A stretch of 64,000 bases of DNA from Macrostomum hystrix (GCA_950097015.1 CATNEN010000014.1:2046001-2110000), one strand, 5' to 3'. Positions 12,001 to 22,918 are shown, numbered from the stretch's first letter. The notes: generated by a model not told the origin, from the sequence alone. Translations and numbers: made by a program.

Positions 12001-13850
12001 TGTCACTCAGCTAGTCTGTTGTGTCACTCAGCTAGTCTGTTGTGTCACTCAGCTAGTCTGTTGTGTCACTCAGCTAGTCTGCTGTGTCACTCAGCTAGTC
12101 TGTTGTGTCACTCAGCTAGTCTGTTGTGTCACTCAGCTAGTCTGTTGTGTCACTCAGCTAGTCTGCTGTGTCACTCAGCTAGTCTGCTGTATCACTCAGC
12201 TAGTCTGCTGTGTCACTCAGCTAGTCTGTTGTGTCACTCAGCTAGTCTGCTGTGTCACTCAGCTAGTCTGTTGTGTCACTCAGCTAGTCTGTTGTGTCAC
12301 TCAGCTAGTCTGTTGTGTCACTCAGCTAGTCTGTTGTGTCACTCAGCTAGTCTGTTGTGTCACTCAGCTAGTCTGTTGTATCACTCAGCTAGTCTGTTGT
12401 GTCACTCAGCTAGTCTGTTGTGTCACTCAGCTAGTCTGTTGTGTCACTCAGCTAGTCTGTTGTGTCACTCAGCTGTCACTCCAGGTAAGCAGCACCCTCA
12501 CCGAATTCTCCGTGTCGATGGCCACGGCGCTGATTTCGTCGGCCTCGCTGATTCGCTGCACAATGCCCAGCACCCGGCCGTCCAGCCGCCTGATGTGCAG
12601 CTGCTTCTGGCCAAAGGGCGCGTCCCGCGACTGCACATCGACGAAGAACAGAATGCAGGCGCTCACGCTGTCCACCGCTAGGGTGCGGCTGAGGATCACG
12701 TGATTGGCCGGCAGGCGGAGCAGAGTGCGCCGATCGCTGCCGTGGTAGTCGTCCACCTTCAGCGCTGAGACGATGGCGTCCGTGAGGTCCGTGTTAGTCA
12801 CCCAGTAGATCTTCCGCCCGATGTCGTCAACTGCCAGGGCCTGCGGAGATTGTGGATTTGTGGTGGATTATCCGATAAATAACAGGAAAGGGCTTTTTGT
12901 TAAATCCAGTCACTAACAGGGGGCGTTGGGATAATCCTATGATTGACAGCTATGTAAGACAATGGGATAATCCTATGATTGACAGCTATGTAAGACAATG
13001 GGATAATCCTATGATTGACAGCTATGTAGGACAATGGGATAACCCTATGATTGACAGCTATGTAAGACAATGGGATAATCCTATGATTGACAGCTATGTA
13101 AGACAATGGGATAACCCTATGATTGACAGCTATGTAAGACAATGGGATAACCCTATGATTGACAGCTATGTAAGACAATGGGATAACCCTATGATTGACA
13201 GCTATGTAAGACAATGGGATAACCCTATGATTGACAGCTATGTAAGACAATGGGATAACCCTATGATTGACAGCTATGTTAGACAATGGGATAACCCTAT
13301 GATTGACAGCTATGTAAGACAATGCGATAACCCTATGATTGACAGCTATGTAAGACAATGGGATAACCCTATGATTGACAGCTATGTAAGACAATGCGAT
13401 AACCCTATGATTGACAGCTATGTAAGACAATGGGATAATCCTATAATAGACAGCCAGGGAAGAAGTTGGGATAATCCAATTAATGATTGACAGCCAGGAA
13501 AAACTTTGCGAAAGCACTGGTGGACCAGTGCAATCAGCACAGGAAATACCTGGATCACGTGGTCCGCAATGATAACGTGAGCTCTGCCAGAGTCGCCGCT
13601 GCCGCTGGCGCCGCCTCCGATGTTGCCGCCATCTCCGGCGTCAATCGGCAGGCCAACTGACGCATCCAGGCGGAAGATCTTGCGGTCTGTGGCGACAAAC
13701 AGAGGCCCGTTGCGTGCATAGGCAACAGCGTGGCAGCGCTGGTCGGCGAGGCTGGGGATGCGGGTCTCGCTGCCCCTGATGAAGATGGAGAGGCCCAGCA
13801 CGTGGCCAATGACAGCCACCAGGTCTGGGCCGAGCTGCTGTGGACCTGCT
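1..13850 (-). CDS. LDL-receptor-related protein, LRP5/6 (arrow)-like architecture, 3' end outside window
   Basis: Exons (minus): ~13850-13550, 12840-12502, 11467-11104, 9185-9039, 8853-8409, 7801-7657, 7558-7269, 6498-5716, 5015-4463, 4124-3548, 3411-3050, 2870-2478, 222-<1. GT/AG ends and phases are consistent. Four YWTD-like propeller blocks (KIYWV, VIYWM, VVYWID, NLYWA, LFYID, ALYWL), each followed by an EGF module (e.g. CATRNPCDHLC..YTCLC), then LDLa modules (FTCRRRRQCVPLSALCNGRPDCHDASDE; QCLPLRFWCDGSAKCSDASD). The start exon and the acceptor at 222 are uncertain. Confidence 0.85.
278..2386. repeat. 30-bp minisatellite, ~70 units, LRP intron
   Basis: Unit GGAATATGATCTGTAAGATTTAGGGATCTG with variants. 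Confidence 0.97.
2863..2962. repeat. 47-bp tandem duplication spanning a splice acceptor
   Basis: GCGAGCACCTGGGCAGGAGGTGGGAGGGGATCGGAGCTGAGATGCTG x~2. Confidence 0.9.
4175..4440. repeat. 22-bp minisatellite, ~12 units, LRP intron
   Basis: Unit ATCCCTCAGTCCTTCAGCTACA. Confidence 0.95.
5053..5686. repeat. 22-bp minisatellite, ~29 units, LRP intron
   Basis: Unit CAGAGTGACAAGCTA(A/C)TCCTAG. Confidence 0.96.
6572..7256. repeat. 32-bp minisatellite, ~21 units, LRP intron
   Basis: Unit AAGGAAATCTCACCCTGGATGCTGATAGCACT. Confidence 0.96.
7876..8370. repeat. 25-bp G-rich minisatellite, ~20 units, LRP intron
   Basis: Unit GGAGGGGATCTAGGGCGGACAGGTA. Confidence 0.96.
9275..10964. repeat. 25-bp minisatellite, ~67 units, LRP intron
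   Basis: Unit GTCTACAGTTCGGCTAAGATCCAAT. Variants increase toward the right end. Confidence 0.97.
11529..12478. repeat. 21-bp minisatellite, ~45 units, LRP intron
   Basis: Unit GTGTCACTCAGCTAGTCTGTT. Confidence 0.97.
12925..13492. repeat. 36-bp minisatellite, ~15 units, LRP intron
   Basis: Unit GGGATAACCCTATGATTGACAGCTATGTAAGACAAT. Confidence 0.96.
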
Positions 13851-14250
13851 GCTGATCAGTTGGGTTGGAAGTATCAGTGTGCTTGGCTAGTGTCCTAGCA
13901 GCTTTGAATTGGATAGGGACCATGTGAAACCCACACAGCATTTACTTCAAAGAGAGCTTGAGTTGATGTTGTAAGCTTTGACTTATGCTGGCATAGTTTT
14001 TACATAGGTAGATAAAATCTAAATTAACAGGACACAATCCAGAATTACCCATCTAGGGCAAATAAATACTATGTCCTTAATCAAACATAAGATAAAAAGT
14101 TAATGTATTTTAAATATAAATTAACTTTATATATAGCCAAACTGACCAAACACTGTATGAAAGTTGATTGTAAAATCCTTTGTTTGAAGGAATCAAAATG
14201 TAACAAAATTATATTTCTTTTTTGCTAGAAATATTTTCTATGATCTCTAG

Positions 14251-14531
14251 CATACATGCGCAACACCCGGCCGACCCGGCCGAACCGGCCAGGTGAAACG
14301 AGGGCCAAGCAAGGTAAGTCGCAAAAACCAATCGACCAAGCGCAAAAAAATCAAAGGGGGGACCAAGGGACAAAAAAGGAAGGCGTGAAGAAAAGAAAAA
14401 AGGGGAGAGAAAAAGACAGCAAATGAGAGCAAACTAAGTCGTAAATAGAGCAATGAAACGAACTAAGTCACAAATGAGAGCAAAAACTAAGTCGCACGGC
14501 TGGCTAAGATTTGGGAGGTTGCGCATGTATG
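14251..14531. mobile_element. Young 281-bp MITE, hAT-like
   Basis: Perfect 14-bp TIRs CATACATGCGCAAC / GTTGCGCATGTATG and an identical 8-bp TSD ATCTCTAG at 14243-14250 and 14532-14539. Confidence 0.9.
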
Positions 14532-14817
14532 ATCTCTAGACCTTGGACCAGAAAGTCTAACCCCTTATGTTACTAACAAAATGACAAAAAGAAAGAAATT
14601 ACATTCATACAATACTTGCAAACTAGTATATATTTGTCAGTTTAGTGTGGCTCTGCTTTTGTAAAAACTAGGGCATAGTAGGCTAGGGCTTAGAACTAGA
14701 ACTTAGAACTAAAACAATATATATATAAAAAGAATAAGTACAGGTGCAAAAGCTAATGAAAGCTATTTCTTTTGCTACAATGGTAACTTAGCATTAACTT
14801 AGCAGGGTGAGTTGCAG

Positions 14818-15100
14818 TTGGCAGCATGGTTAATGCATTTGCTTCTTAACCAAGGTCCCTAAGCTTAATTCCATGGCAAGGCCACATACATTTGGGGTGT
14901 AGTCATGGGGAGAAGGCTTGGGGGCTTAAGAAAGTCAGGGCAGAGGTACACAACTATGTGAGCAAAAGTCTATGTGCAGTATATATGTGTGTGATCAAGA
15001 GTAAGCAAATGGGCAGAAGTGCCTCTTTGCTGGCTAGGGGTCTAGTGTCACCCAATGATATGCCATTGCCTATAGCCTTGCTACAATTATTATTATTTTT
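14818..15100 (+). mobile_element. tRNA-derived SINE family A, heavily C>T/G>A mutated copy
   Basis: Collinear with the copies at 17625, 20490 and 60010. Degenerate A box (TGGCAGCATGG), mutated B box and ATT-rich tail. Confidence 0.75.
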
Positions 15101-17379
15101 TTAACTTAGCAAAAATTAGTCTTATATTATTAAATATTACAGAATTGTAATAAAAAATACAATAAAATTGCTCAACTTTGCCATATTGGCAAATTAGTTT
15201 TTTAGGTTAAGTAAGGCCTACAATATAATCTGAGAATTTAGGTCTGAAATTTGAGATAAACAATAAAAATAGCATTATATGGCATCAAAAGCTAATACTA
15301 TAAAAAGAAACAGATTTTATGGGCAATATAAAGCAAAATAAACTGCTTTATGAACTTTGCTAGTCATATCAAATTATTTCAAATATAACTTTAGCCTATA
15401 TAGGAAAGTGTTAATTGTATAGTGACCATAAAAAATAACAAAACAGCTATTAATATGAGTAACTATTATGCTATTTGTATGGTCACTGTTCAAATAACAA
15501 ATGCAATAACTATAAAATATTTATCAAGATTATTAAGTGAAAAAAATTGTGAGCTGGCTTGAAACTACTAGTCTTTGTGGCTCATATCATAATTTTTCAA
15601 AACTATTCTTCCTATAGAATTATATGTAGTATTTTTTAGCTGGGCCTAGTCATATAATAATAAACAAAAAATACTCACAAGCAGCATTGATCAGACCAAC
15701 ACCAGTGACTGGGTCATCTTTAATTAAAGCAACACTGGGGCAGCAAAAGTATATCAATATACAGACTAAAAGAAACATAAAGCTCATGCTTAGAGAATTC
15801 ACGAACTCAGTTTAGTCTATCAGTAATCAGTGGCTAATTTGTTATATCTAGTCGACAAGACAAAACAAGACAGAAGACTATCTAGAAGGCTAGGAAGATA
15901 GATCATACTAGCCCGCAATCCTGAAATGCACAGCTCAGTTATTTATTTACTTTATCATTTTCACACACACAGCATGTTTAAGTAAATATGATAATATGCA
16001 TAACCTATATTTCAGAATGAAATTCACAGGTGTATCATAGAATTAAATATATAGTACAGCTATCAATAGGGGCCTTGTGTTGCGCGCGAGGTAAATTAAA
16101 TATTACGATTATTTTTTACAAGAAATCAAAATTTGAAGCCAAAATGAGTTAAGAAAAACAACAATTCCATTGCTTTAGGCCAGCGGGAGAGGATTTATAA
16201 GAGGTAAGTTGATACAGTCTACTAGCCAACACGGTACTATACTGTTTGCGAGGACTCTGATTTCGTAATTGCGAATTAGCAATGGAAAAGAAAATAGCGT
16301 ATTTATGATTGTGCACCTATCGTTCTTCAAGTGTACTTACACAAGTACATTTATGTCACGAAAAATATTCTTACTAACGCTAATACTTGTTTTTCGCTTT
16401 TGCCTTCGCTTACGCAATCTGGGAATTGTACGTGTGGCAGAAGTTTTGCAGCTTTGCATAATCACGATATCAGGTGCACACATTTAGATCTGTTCTCTAT
16501 ACCATATGTCCGCGCTGGATACGGGTATCAGAGAAAGCCAGAGTTCAGTTTCTTTCTCTTCAGAGCTGACCTTCTTGATCAATTTTCTGACTGCGCTATT
16601 AATGCTGGCCTTTAATTACGAGGCGGATTCCATGAGACGAGTCCAGCTATTCGAGCTGTGCAGTGGACACAGATAAACAATCAACTTTGTTCACAAGCCA
16701 TTCATATGCGCATTCAAAGTAATGAAGACTCTGGACTTGCTTAAACTCGTCAACTTACACGTGAGTGCTATTAGGAGGGATAAGGGCAGCAATGAAGCTG
16801 AGAAGCTGCAAGCTGGCACTTGGATGACGAAAATGATGCGTGCCTCAAGAGGTAAGAATATTTACTGCCATGGAGTCCTCTACGACAGCCAGTTCGATCC
16901 TATACAGAAGGCAATACATTTAAGTACTTTCATAAGCAGGCTGTCATGACAGTAGCCATGATGACAGCCATGAGCGAAGCCGTGTTTACATCATTTTTGG
17001 ATTAGAAGTGTGTGCTGCAGCAGTGTATTTTGTGTAGATGCTGCTGTGTATTTTATGTTTCGTTTTAACTGAGCTAGTCGTTGAAGGGCATTCAAGAATA
17101 AAATGTGGAACAGTAAAAAAATGTGCTAGATATAATTTTTATAAAAACTAAGTTTTGATTCCCGAAGCTTTATAATTTTATATCTATATGCCTTCTATAT
17201 ATCGTATCTGCTGTCTCGTAGTTACACTCACAGATTCTACTCGTTGTATTTATAGTTACTTATAGTTACGCGATGTTCCGGCTAGGCCGCTAGGGAATTC
17301 CCTTGGTGGAATTTTCGCGGATACCCCATCATGCTTTGATAGCACACTTGGAGAAGCCCCTCGCGTGATAATTCCTTCC

Positions 17380-17420
17380 AGCCAATCAGATAGCGGCAAG
17401 CCGCGCTTCACTCACGTGAC
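17380..17420 (+). promoter_or_regulatory. CCAAT box plus overlapping E-box/CRE
   Basis: AGCCAATCAG followed ~20 nt later by CACGTGACGTCA. The target gene is unknown. Confidence 0.3.
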
Positions 17421-17624
17421 GTCAGGAGTATACGGCAAATGGTATACGGCATATGCTATATGGAGCTTGGATACCTAGTTGATTCCACTTCACTACTACG
17501 TCACTAGTATGTCAATCTTCAAATAAGAGTAGTCAAGTAACTGTGGTCACTTCGTATTCCGGCCGGAATCGGGGAATACTGGGAAATCCGGAAACGCCGG
17601 AAATCTGAGTAATCGTGGTAATAA

Positions 17625-17935
17625 TAATATTAATAAAATAAATAATGATTGCAGGAGGGCTGCGGAAAAATTGTACAGTATTTGGTGACATTAGACACGC
17701 AGCCAGCGAGGAGGCAATTCTGCCCATTTCGCTGATCTCTGAGCAGACACGCACGCAGATACTGTACGCAGGCATACGCTCACACAGCGTATACGCATGA
17801 AGATGACTTTCTTATTGGAGGTTGGCCCTCTCTCCGCCGCTGCGCCGCAATTTAATTGGAATCTTGCCGCGGAATCGAGCTCAGGGACCTTGGTGCGAGA
17901 GGCTTGTGCATTAGCGCGCCGAGTGCAGGATCTGA
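17625..17935 (-). mobile_element. tRNA-derived SINE family A
   Basis: Minus-strand head CGCACCAAGGTCCCTGAGCTCGATTCC (B-box-like), shared body GGGCAGAATTGCCTCC..GTCACC and ATT-rich tail. Confidence 0.75.
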
Positions 17936-18063
17936 GTGCAGCCTACCGCTACAGATTAAATTGAGAACTCTAAAATAAAAATCCCGATCAGATGGTCAGA
18001 CTAAGTCGCCGAAAGTTTCTGGCAACCGCAGAGTCACTTGGCTGAGTAGAGTACATGAGTAGA

Positions 18064-21000
18064 TCACACAGTGAGCAGCTTTCCAGCCAGTCGTACGTGA
18101 TACGCCAGGTCTCTCAGCTGCCTGCTGATTTCATCCTCCGTGGCCGTGCCCAGCTGCAGCTCGGTCAGCAGGTCGGACAGTCCGGGAAAGCGCACGCCGC
18201 TGGGCTCTTGCGGGTACTTGCCGGAGGCGAACACCAAGTTTCCGATGTACGGCCGGCGCGGCTGCCCGCGACCAGCGAGGAAGCTCTGGGTCACTCGCAT
18301 TGCGACGTCATTGATTCGGCGCACGTCCATTGGACTCCGACGATTGACGGTCTGCGCGTCCCACGCGGCCGCCTGTTTGGAAGTCGGTTGATGCAGTTAA
18401 GCGATTTCTTGTTTCGGCTTATAACAGTTGAATGACCAGGCATTTTTTCTCCCTGGCCAAAGACCACGGGGGCAAATTCACGGTAGCTGCCAAACCGAAT
18501 GACCGATTTTCGTGAAATTCCACCATATGGATCAAAATTTTCCGCCTGTTACGATAAATTAACTTTCAAGCCATCCGAGTCAGCATTGTCGAGATATCCA
18601 GCGATTCCAAACGCTACTTCTTTTCGAAGACCCTGGTGACACAAACTAGTTAGTAACATTGCGCGAATCCATATTGGTTCAAAAGTAAAAAAAAATTACA
18701 CAGTTTAAGCATTCCATAACAGTTAACAATGATGGCCGACATGGATACATGATGAAATTTTTGTGAGCTGAGAAAATATTCCTGTGCTGAGAAAATATAC
18801 CTGTGCTGAGAAAATATACCTGTGCTGAGAAAATATACCTGTGCTGAGAAAATATACCTGTGCTGAGAAAATATACCTGTGCTGAGAAAATATACCTGTG
18901 CTGAGAAAATATACCTGTGCTGAGAAAATATACCTGTGCTGGTAGTTTTTGCCACCAGACACTCCGACGGGAATCGTTGAATATCTCGACGATGCCGATG
19001 TTTTGTGATTCTTGCCGATGTTCTGTGATTCTTGAAGTTGTTTCATCGAATAAAGCGGAAAATTTGAGCCTTGATTTATTGATTTTTATGGCTATTGGTT
19101 GAACATTTTCTACAGTTTTCTACAAGGCTACAATCAGTTGAAAGCTAAACATAACAACACAACCATGCGGTGCGAAATTGAAACGGCAAATGTTCATCTG
19201 CAGCTGAAATTCTAAAATATAAAAATTCTTTGGCAACTCAGGTCAGCTTATTTTCGAATTCATCAAATCAAACGCACCTGCTGCCGCAAGTAGGTAACGC
19301 TGTCACCAAGTGCGGTCACGGACTCATTTAGTTGTGGCAGCGCTTTGATTGCACTGCTGCCGTTGACGCTGGCGAAAAATCTGACCAGCTCAAGAGCATT
19401 GTTGCTCATGTTCAGCGCGTAAGGCAGCAAGTACTCATCAGCCAGCTGCCTGACAGCCTCGGTGAGCAGTCGGGCCGAGGACAGGTGCGCCTTGAACCCG
19501 GGGTCCACGTACGTGTCCACATAGTAGAAGCTCTCATACCTGACGTGGTACACGGGATACAGCGAGGACTCCTTGGGGTCGGCCCGGAACATGATGTCCA
19601 AGGACGGGATGGAGGCGAGCTCAATGAAGCCTGCGTAGTCCGAGCCGCCCAGTGGAGTCGCCATGCCGTCCATCGCCGACTTGCCTTCTGCCCACCTCGC
19701 TGACCAGGTGTCGCCCATGGTGTGGCCGGGGTTCACCTCCTCGGGCAGGCTATCCATCAGCGTCTTGGCGAAGGTGCGCAGGCTGGGCATCGCACTGGTG
19801 CGCATGCTGTAGTTGCCGCACACCGCAATGTCGATGTTCACGTAGGCCACAACTGACTGCGGGCGATAAGCCAGCTGAAAGCACTGTCCCAATGTCCCAA
19901 TCGCAATGAACTAAGAAAAGTGAATCTGTGGTCGACGAGCTGACGAAATTTGAGAGCTTGTCAAAGCTGCTCTGAAGTACATGGGTGTAAAATAATAATA
20001 ATTGCGGGAGGGCTTCCTCCCATTTGTCTCGGTACAGTGAAAGCCGATCTCATTAGCACCTGTAGAGTCATTCCCCTGGTCGTCGAATTCCTAGTCAAGA
20101 GTCGGCAACTCACATCCTTGAGCAGCAAGGCGTTCTCCTCAACGAACTCCCAGCTGCCGATGAGTCCGTGCTCCTCTCCGTCCCAGGTGCACAGCATGAT
20201 TGAGCGACGGGGTTTCCAGCCGTTGGCCAGCATGTCGGCGAGAATCTGGCTGAGCTCCATCAGCACGGCTGTGCCGGAGGACGGATCGACAGCACCGTAG
20301 CCCCAGGCGTCGCGGTGGTTGCCCACAATCACCCACCTGGGTGATTTTAGACGATTCTTTTGCATTTTGCGTCAAAGAACACCATTTTGCGACAATTTTG
20401 GTGGAATATGGCAACAGCTGGACGACCCATGGGGTATGAGCAGGTAAGCTCACACATTTAACCATGTGGAAAGGTGCGAACACCCACCCCGGTAAACGTG
20501 TTTGCCTCTCGCGCCAAGGTCCCTGAGCTCGATCTAGGGCGCAGCCGCGGACAGAAGGCTTGTGAGCTTGTCGTCCAATTTACGCCCTTGAGGGCCAACC
20601 TCCAAGGCACAGTGAGAGTGTACACTGCCTGACGATGAGAAAGTCAGGGCAGATGTACACACCTGTGTGAGCGTGTGCATGCGGACAGTATCTGTGTGCG
20701 TGTGTGCTCAGGATTTTAGCGAAATGGGCAGAATTGCCTCCTTGCTGGCTGCGGGTCCAGTGTCACCAAATGATGTTCTGTTTCCCGCAGCCCTCCTGCA
20801 ATTATTGTTATTATATTATAAAGTGCAACCCCAACACTCTATTTAACGTTATTATTGTCAGTGTCTGAAAATCCCGAATTCCTTATTGTGTCCTCAGCAC
20901 TGGCAAAACGCGTGCTTCAAACTAAATAATGCATCGAAAAGTTCGCGCTCTCACCTGTCCGGCTCGATGTCGCCGCGAATGCGAACGCACACGTTTTCAA

Positions 21001-22918
21001 TGTCCTTGAGGAAGTTCTCCTGGTTCACCAGCAAGCGAAGCCGCCGGTCTCCAGCCAGTTTCGGACCGAGTTGCATCGTCCGCGACGTGTTCATGCCATC
21101 AATGCGGACGCGCCAGTCGGCCGGGGCCTCCGGGCCCTCCAGCCTGTCGATGAGCTCGCGGGCATCCGAGTAGCCGATCTGTGAGTACATGTTTGTGTTA
21201 GCAGTGGTTCCTGAGGAGCTCAACAACTACAGGTAAATGAGAAGCTGCGCTCACGGGGTACATCGGCAGGGGCGGAAGTACGCCTCTGGCGACTGCGTCG
21301 TAGCGATAGGCCGATGAGGTGGATGGGTATCCAGGTGTGGTGGGGTCGCCGGACTCCAGCATTGCGGAACCCTTCTGGGTCCCTGTACCGGGCATCCACC
21401 AGCCGGCCGGAAAGGCCTCGTTCTGTTTTTTTGCCACGTCGGCCGGGTCGGAGAAAATCAGGACTCCTGCAGCCCCGAATTTGGCAGCGTTCACCGCCTT
21501 GGCACCGCGGCCGGAGCGGCCGTACCTGACGATGAGCAAACAGTGTAACAGGTGATTGATGTCACTGTCTAACAGGTGATTGATGCCATTGTCTAACAGG
21601 TGATTGATGTCACTGTCTAACAGGTGATTGATTTCATTGTCTAACAGGTGATTGATGTCACTGTCTAACAGGTGATTGATGCCATTGTCTAACAGGTGAT
21701 TGATGTCACTGTCTAACAGGTGATTGATTTCATTGTCTAACAGGTGATTGATGTCACTGTCTAACAGGTGATTGATGTCACTGTCTAACAGGTGATTGAT
21801 GTCACTGTCTAACAGGTGATTGATGTCACTGTCTAACAGGTGATTGATGTCACTGTCTAACAGGTGATTGATGTCACTGTCTAACAGGTGATTGATGTCA
21901 TTGTCTAACAGGTGATTGATGTCACTGTCTAACAGGTGATTGATGTCACTGTCTAACAGGTGATTGATGTCACTGTCTAACAGGTGATTGATATCACTGT
22001 CTAACAGGTGATTGATGTCATTGTCTAACAGGTGATTGATGTCACTGTCTAACAGGTGATTGATGTCACTGTCTAACAGGTGATTGATGTCACTGTCTAA
22101 CAGGTGATTGATGTCACTGTCTAACAGGTGATTGATGTCACTGTCTAACAGGTGATTGATATCACTGTCTAACAGGTGATTGATGTCATTGTCTAACAGG
22201 TGATTGATGTCTCTGTTCGTCACCTGTGTATCACAGGTTCTGAATCTCTATACCTGGTGAGCAGGATGGAGCCATTCAGACTGATTGACAGGTTCCTGGT
22301 GAGGTAGAGGAGGTCGGCCTCCGTGCCGTAGTTCGCGTAGACCGCAGGCCCTGTGACGTCACCAGGCGGAGCGTAGGCCAGGATGGGGCTGGGGATATCC
22401 GTGTCGTTGTCGTGTTCCGTCAGCGGCTTCTCCACCGTCTGGCTGGTGAAGTCCACCGAGCTGCCGTCCGCAGAGCGGATCTCGAAGCGCGTCTTCTCGC
22501 CGGTGAGAGCGGCTCGCGACAGCAGGACCCGATAGACCTGGCCGTCCAGCTTCACCCGGTCAGCGTGGGCCTCGAAGGTCTTCTGCCAGTGCGCCTTGAC
22601 GTAGTCCTTGGCCGGGTCCGAGGCTTGGATCGCCACGTGCGGCTTGGCGGTGATGGCCTGCAGGTGTGAGCGAATCCGATCGGCGCTCAGCCGGTCCTGC
22701 GCGAAGGCGCGCATGGCGGGGTCAGCCTCGCGAATCAGGCGGCCGAAGTCTGCTCCGGAGCCATCGCCACCGCCGCCGCCGCCGTTGCCGCAGGGTCGGA
22801 CAAAGTAGCCGATGACGAGAAATATGGTGCCCACCATGAGGCAGAGGGCCACAATGAGAGCCACGCGGCCCTTTGAGCAAGACTGGCGCGGCTTGTGAAT
22901 GTAGTCCTTGAGAGTCAT
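18064..22918 (-). CDS. Glutamate carboxypeptidase II / NAALADase family (M28B) type II membrane peptidase, ~756 aa
   Basis: Exons 22918-22254, 21525-21255, 21178-20955, 20336-20114, 19856-19278, 18372-18064 sum to 2271 nt. N-terminal TM ([22 protein letters not shown]), PA domain ([18 protein letters not shown]) and all zinc/catalytic motifs are present (NHRDAW, VDP, WDGEE, YVNID, YHVRYE), plus a TfR-like dimerisation tail. Confidence 0.93.
18772..18940. repeat. 19-bp minisatellite, ~9 units, GCPII intron 5
   Basis: Unit CCTGTGCTGAGAAAATATA. Confidence 0.95.
20490..20820 (+). mobile_element. tRNA-derived SINE family A, in GCPII intron 3
   Basis: Same head and body as the other copies (CCAAGGTCCCTGAGCTCGAT; GGGCAGAATTGCCTCCTTGCTGGC) and an ATT tail. 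Confidence 0.78.
21545..22212. repeat. 24-bp minisatellite, ~28 units, GCPII intron 1
   Basis: Unit AACAGGTGATTGATGTCACTGTCT. Confidence 0.97.

Noticed and set aside
11557-12681. Long repetitive ORFs (CHSASLL)n, (WDNPMIDSYVRQ)n, (DINHLLDS)n, (GRQVWEDRYGKT)n and similar
   Set aside because: They are stop-free frames through intronic minisatellites bounded by GT/AG sites that join conserved exons in frame.
16400-16990. Possible coding exon or LRP signal-peptide exon (minus-strand LLPLSLLIALT before GTAAG)
   Set aside because: There is no in-frame ATG, stops occur nearby in the frames examined, and no family is recognisable.
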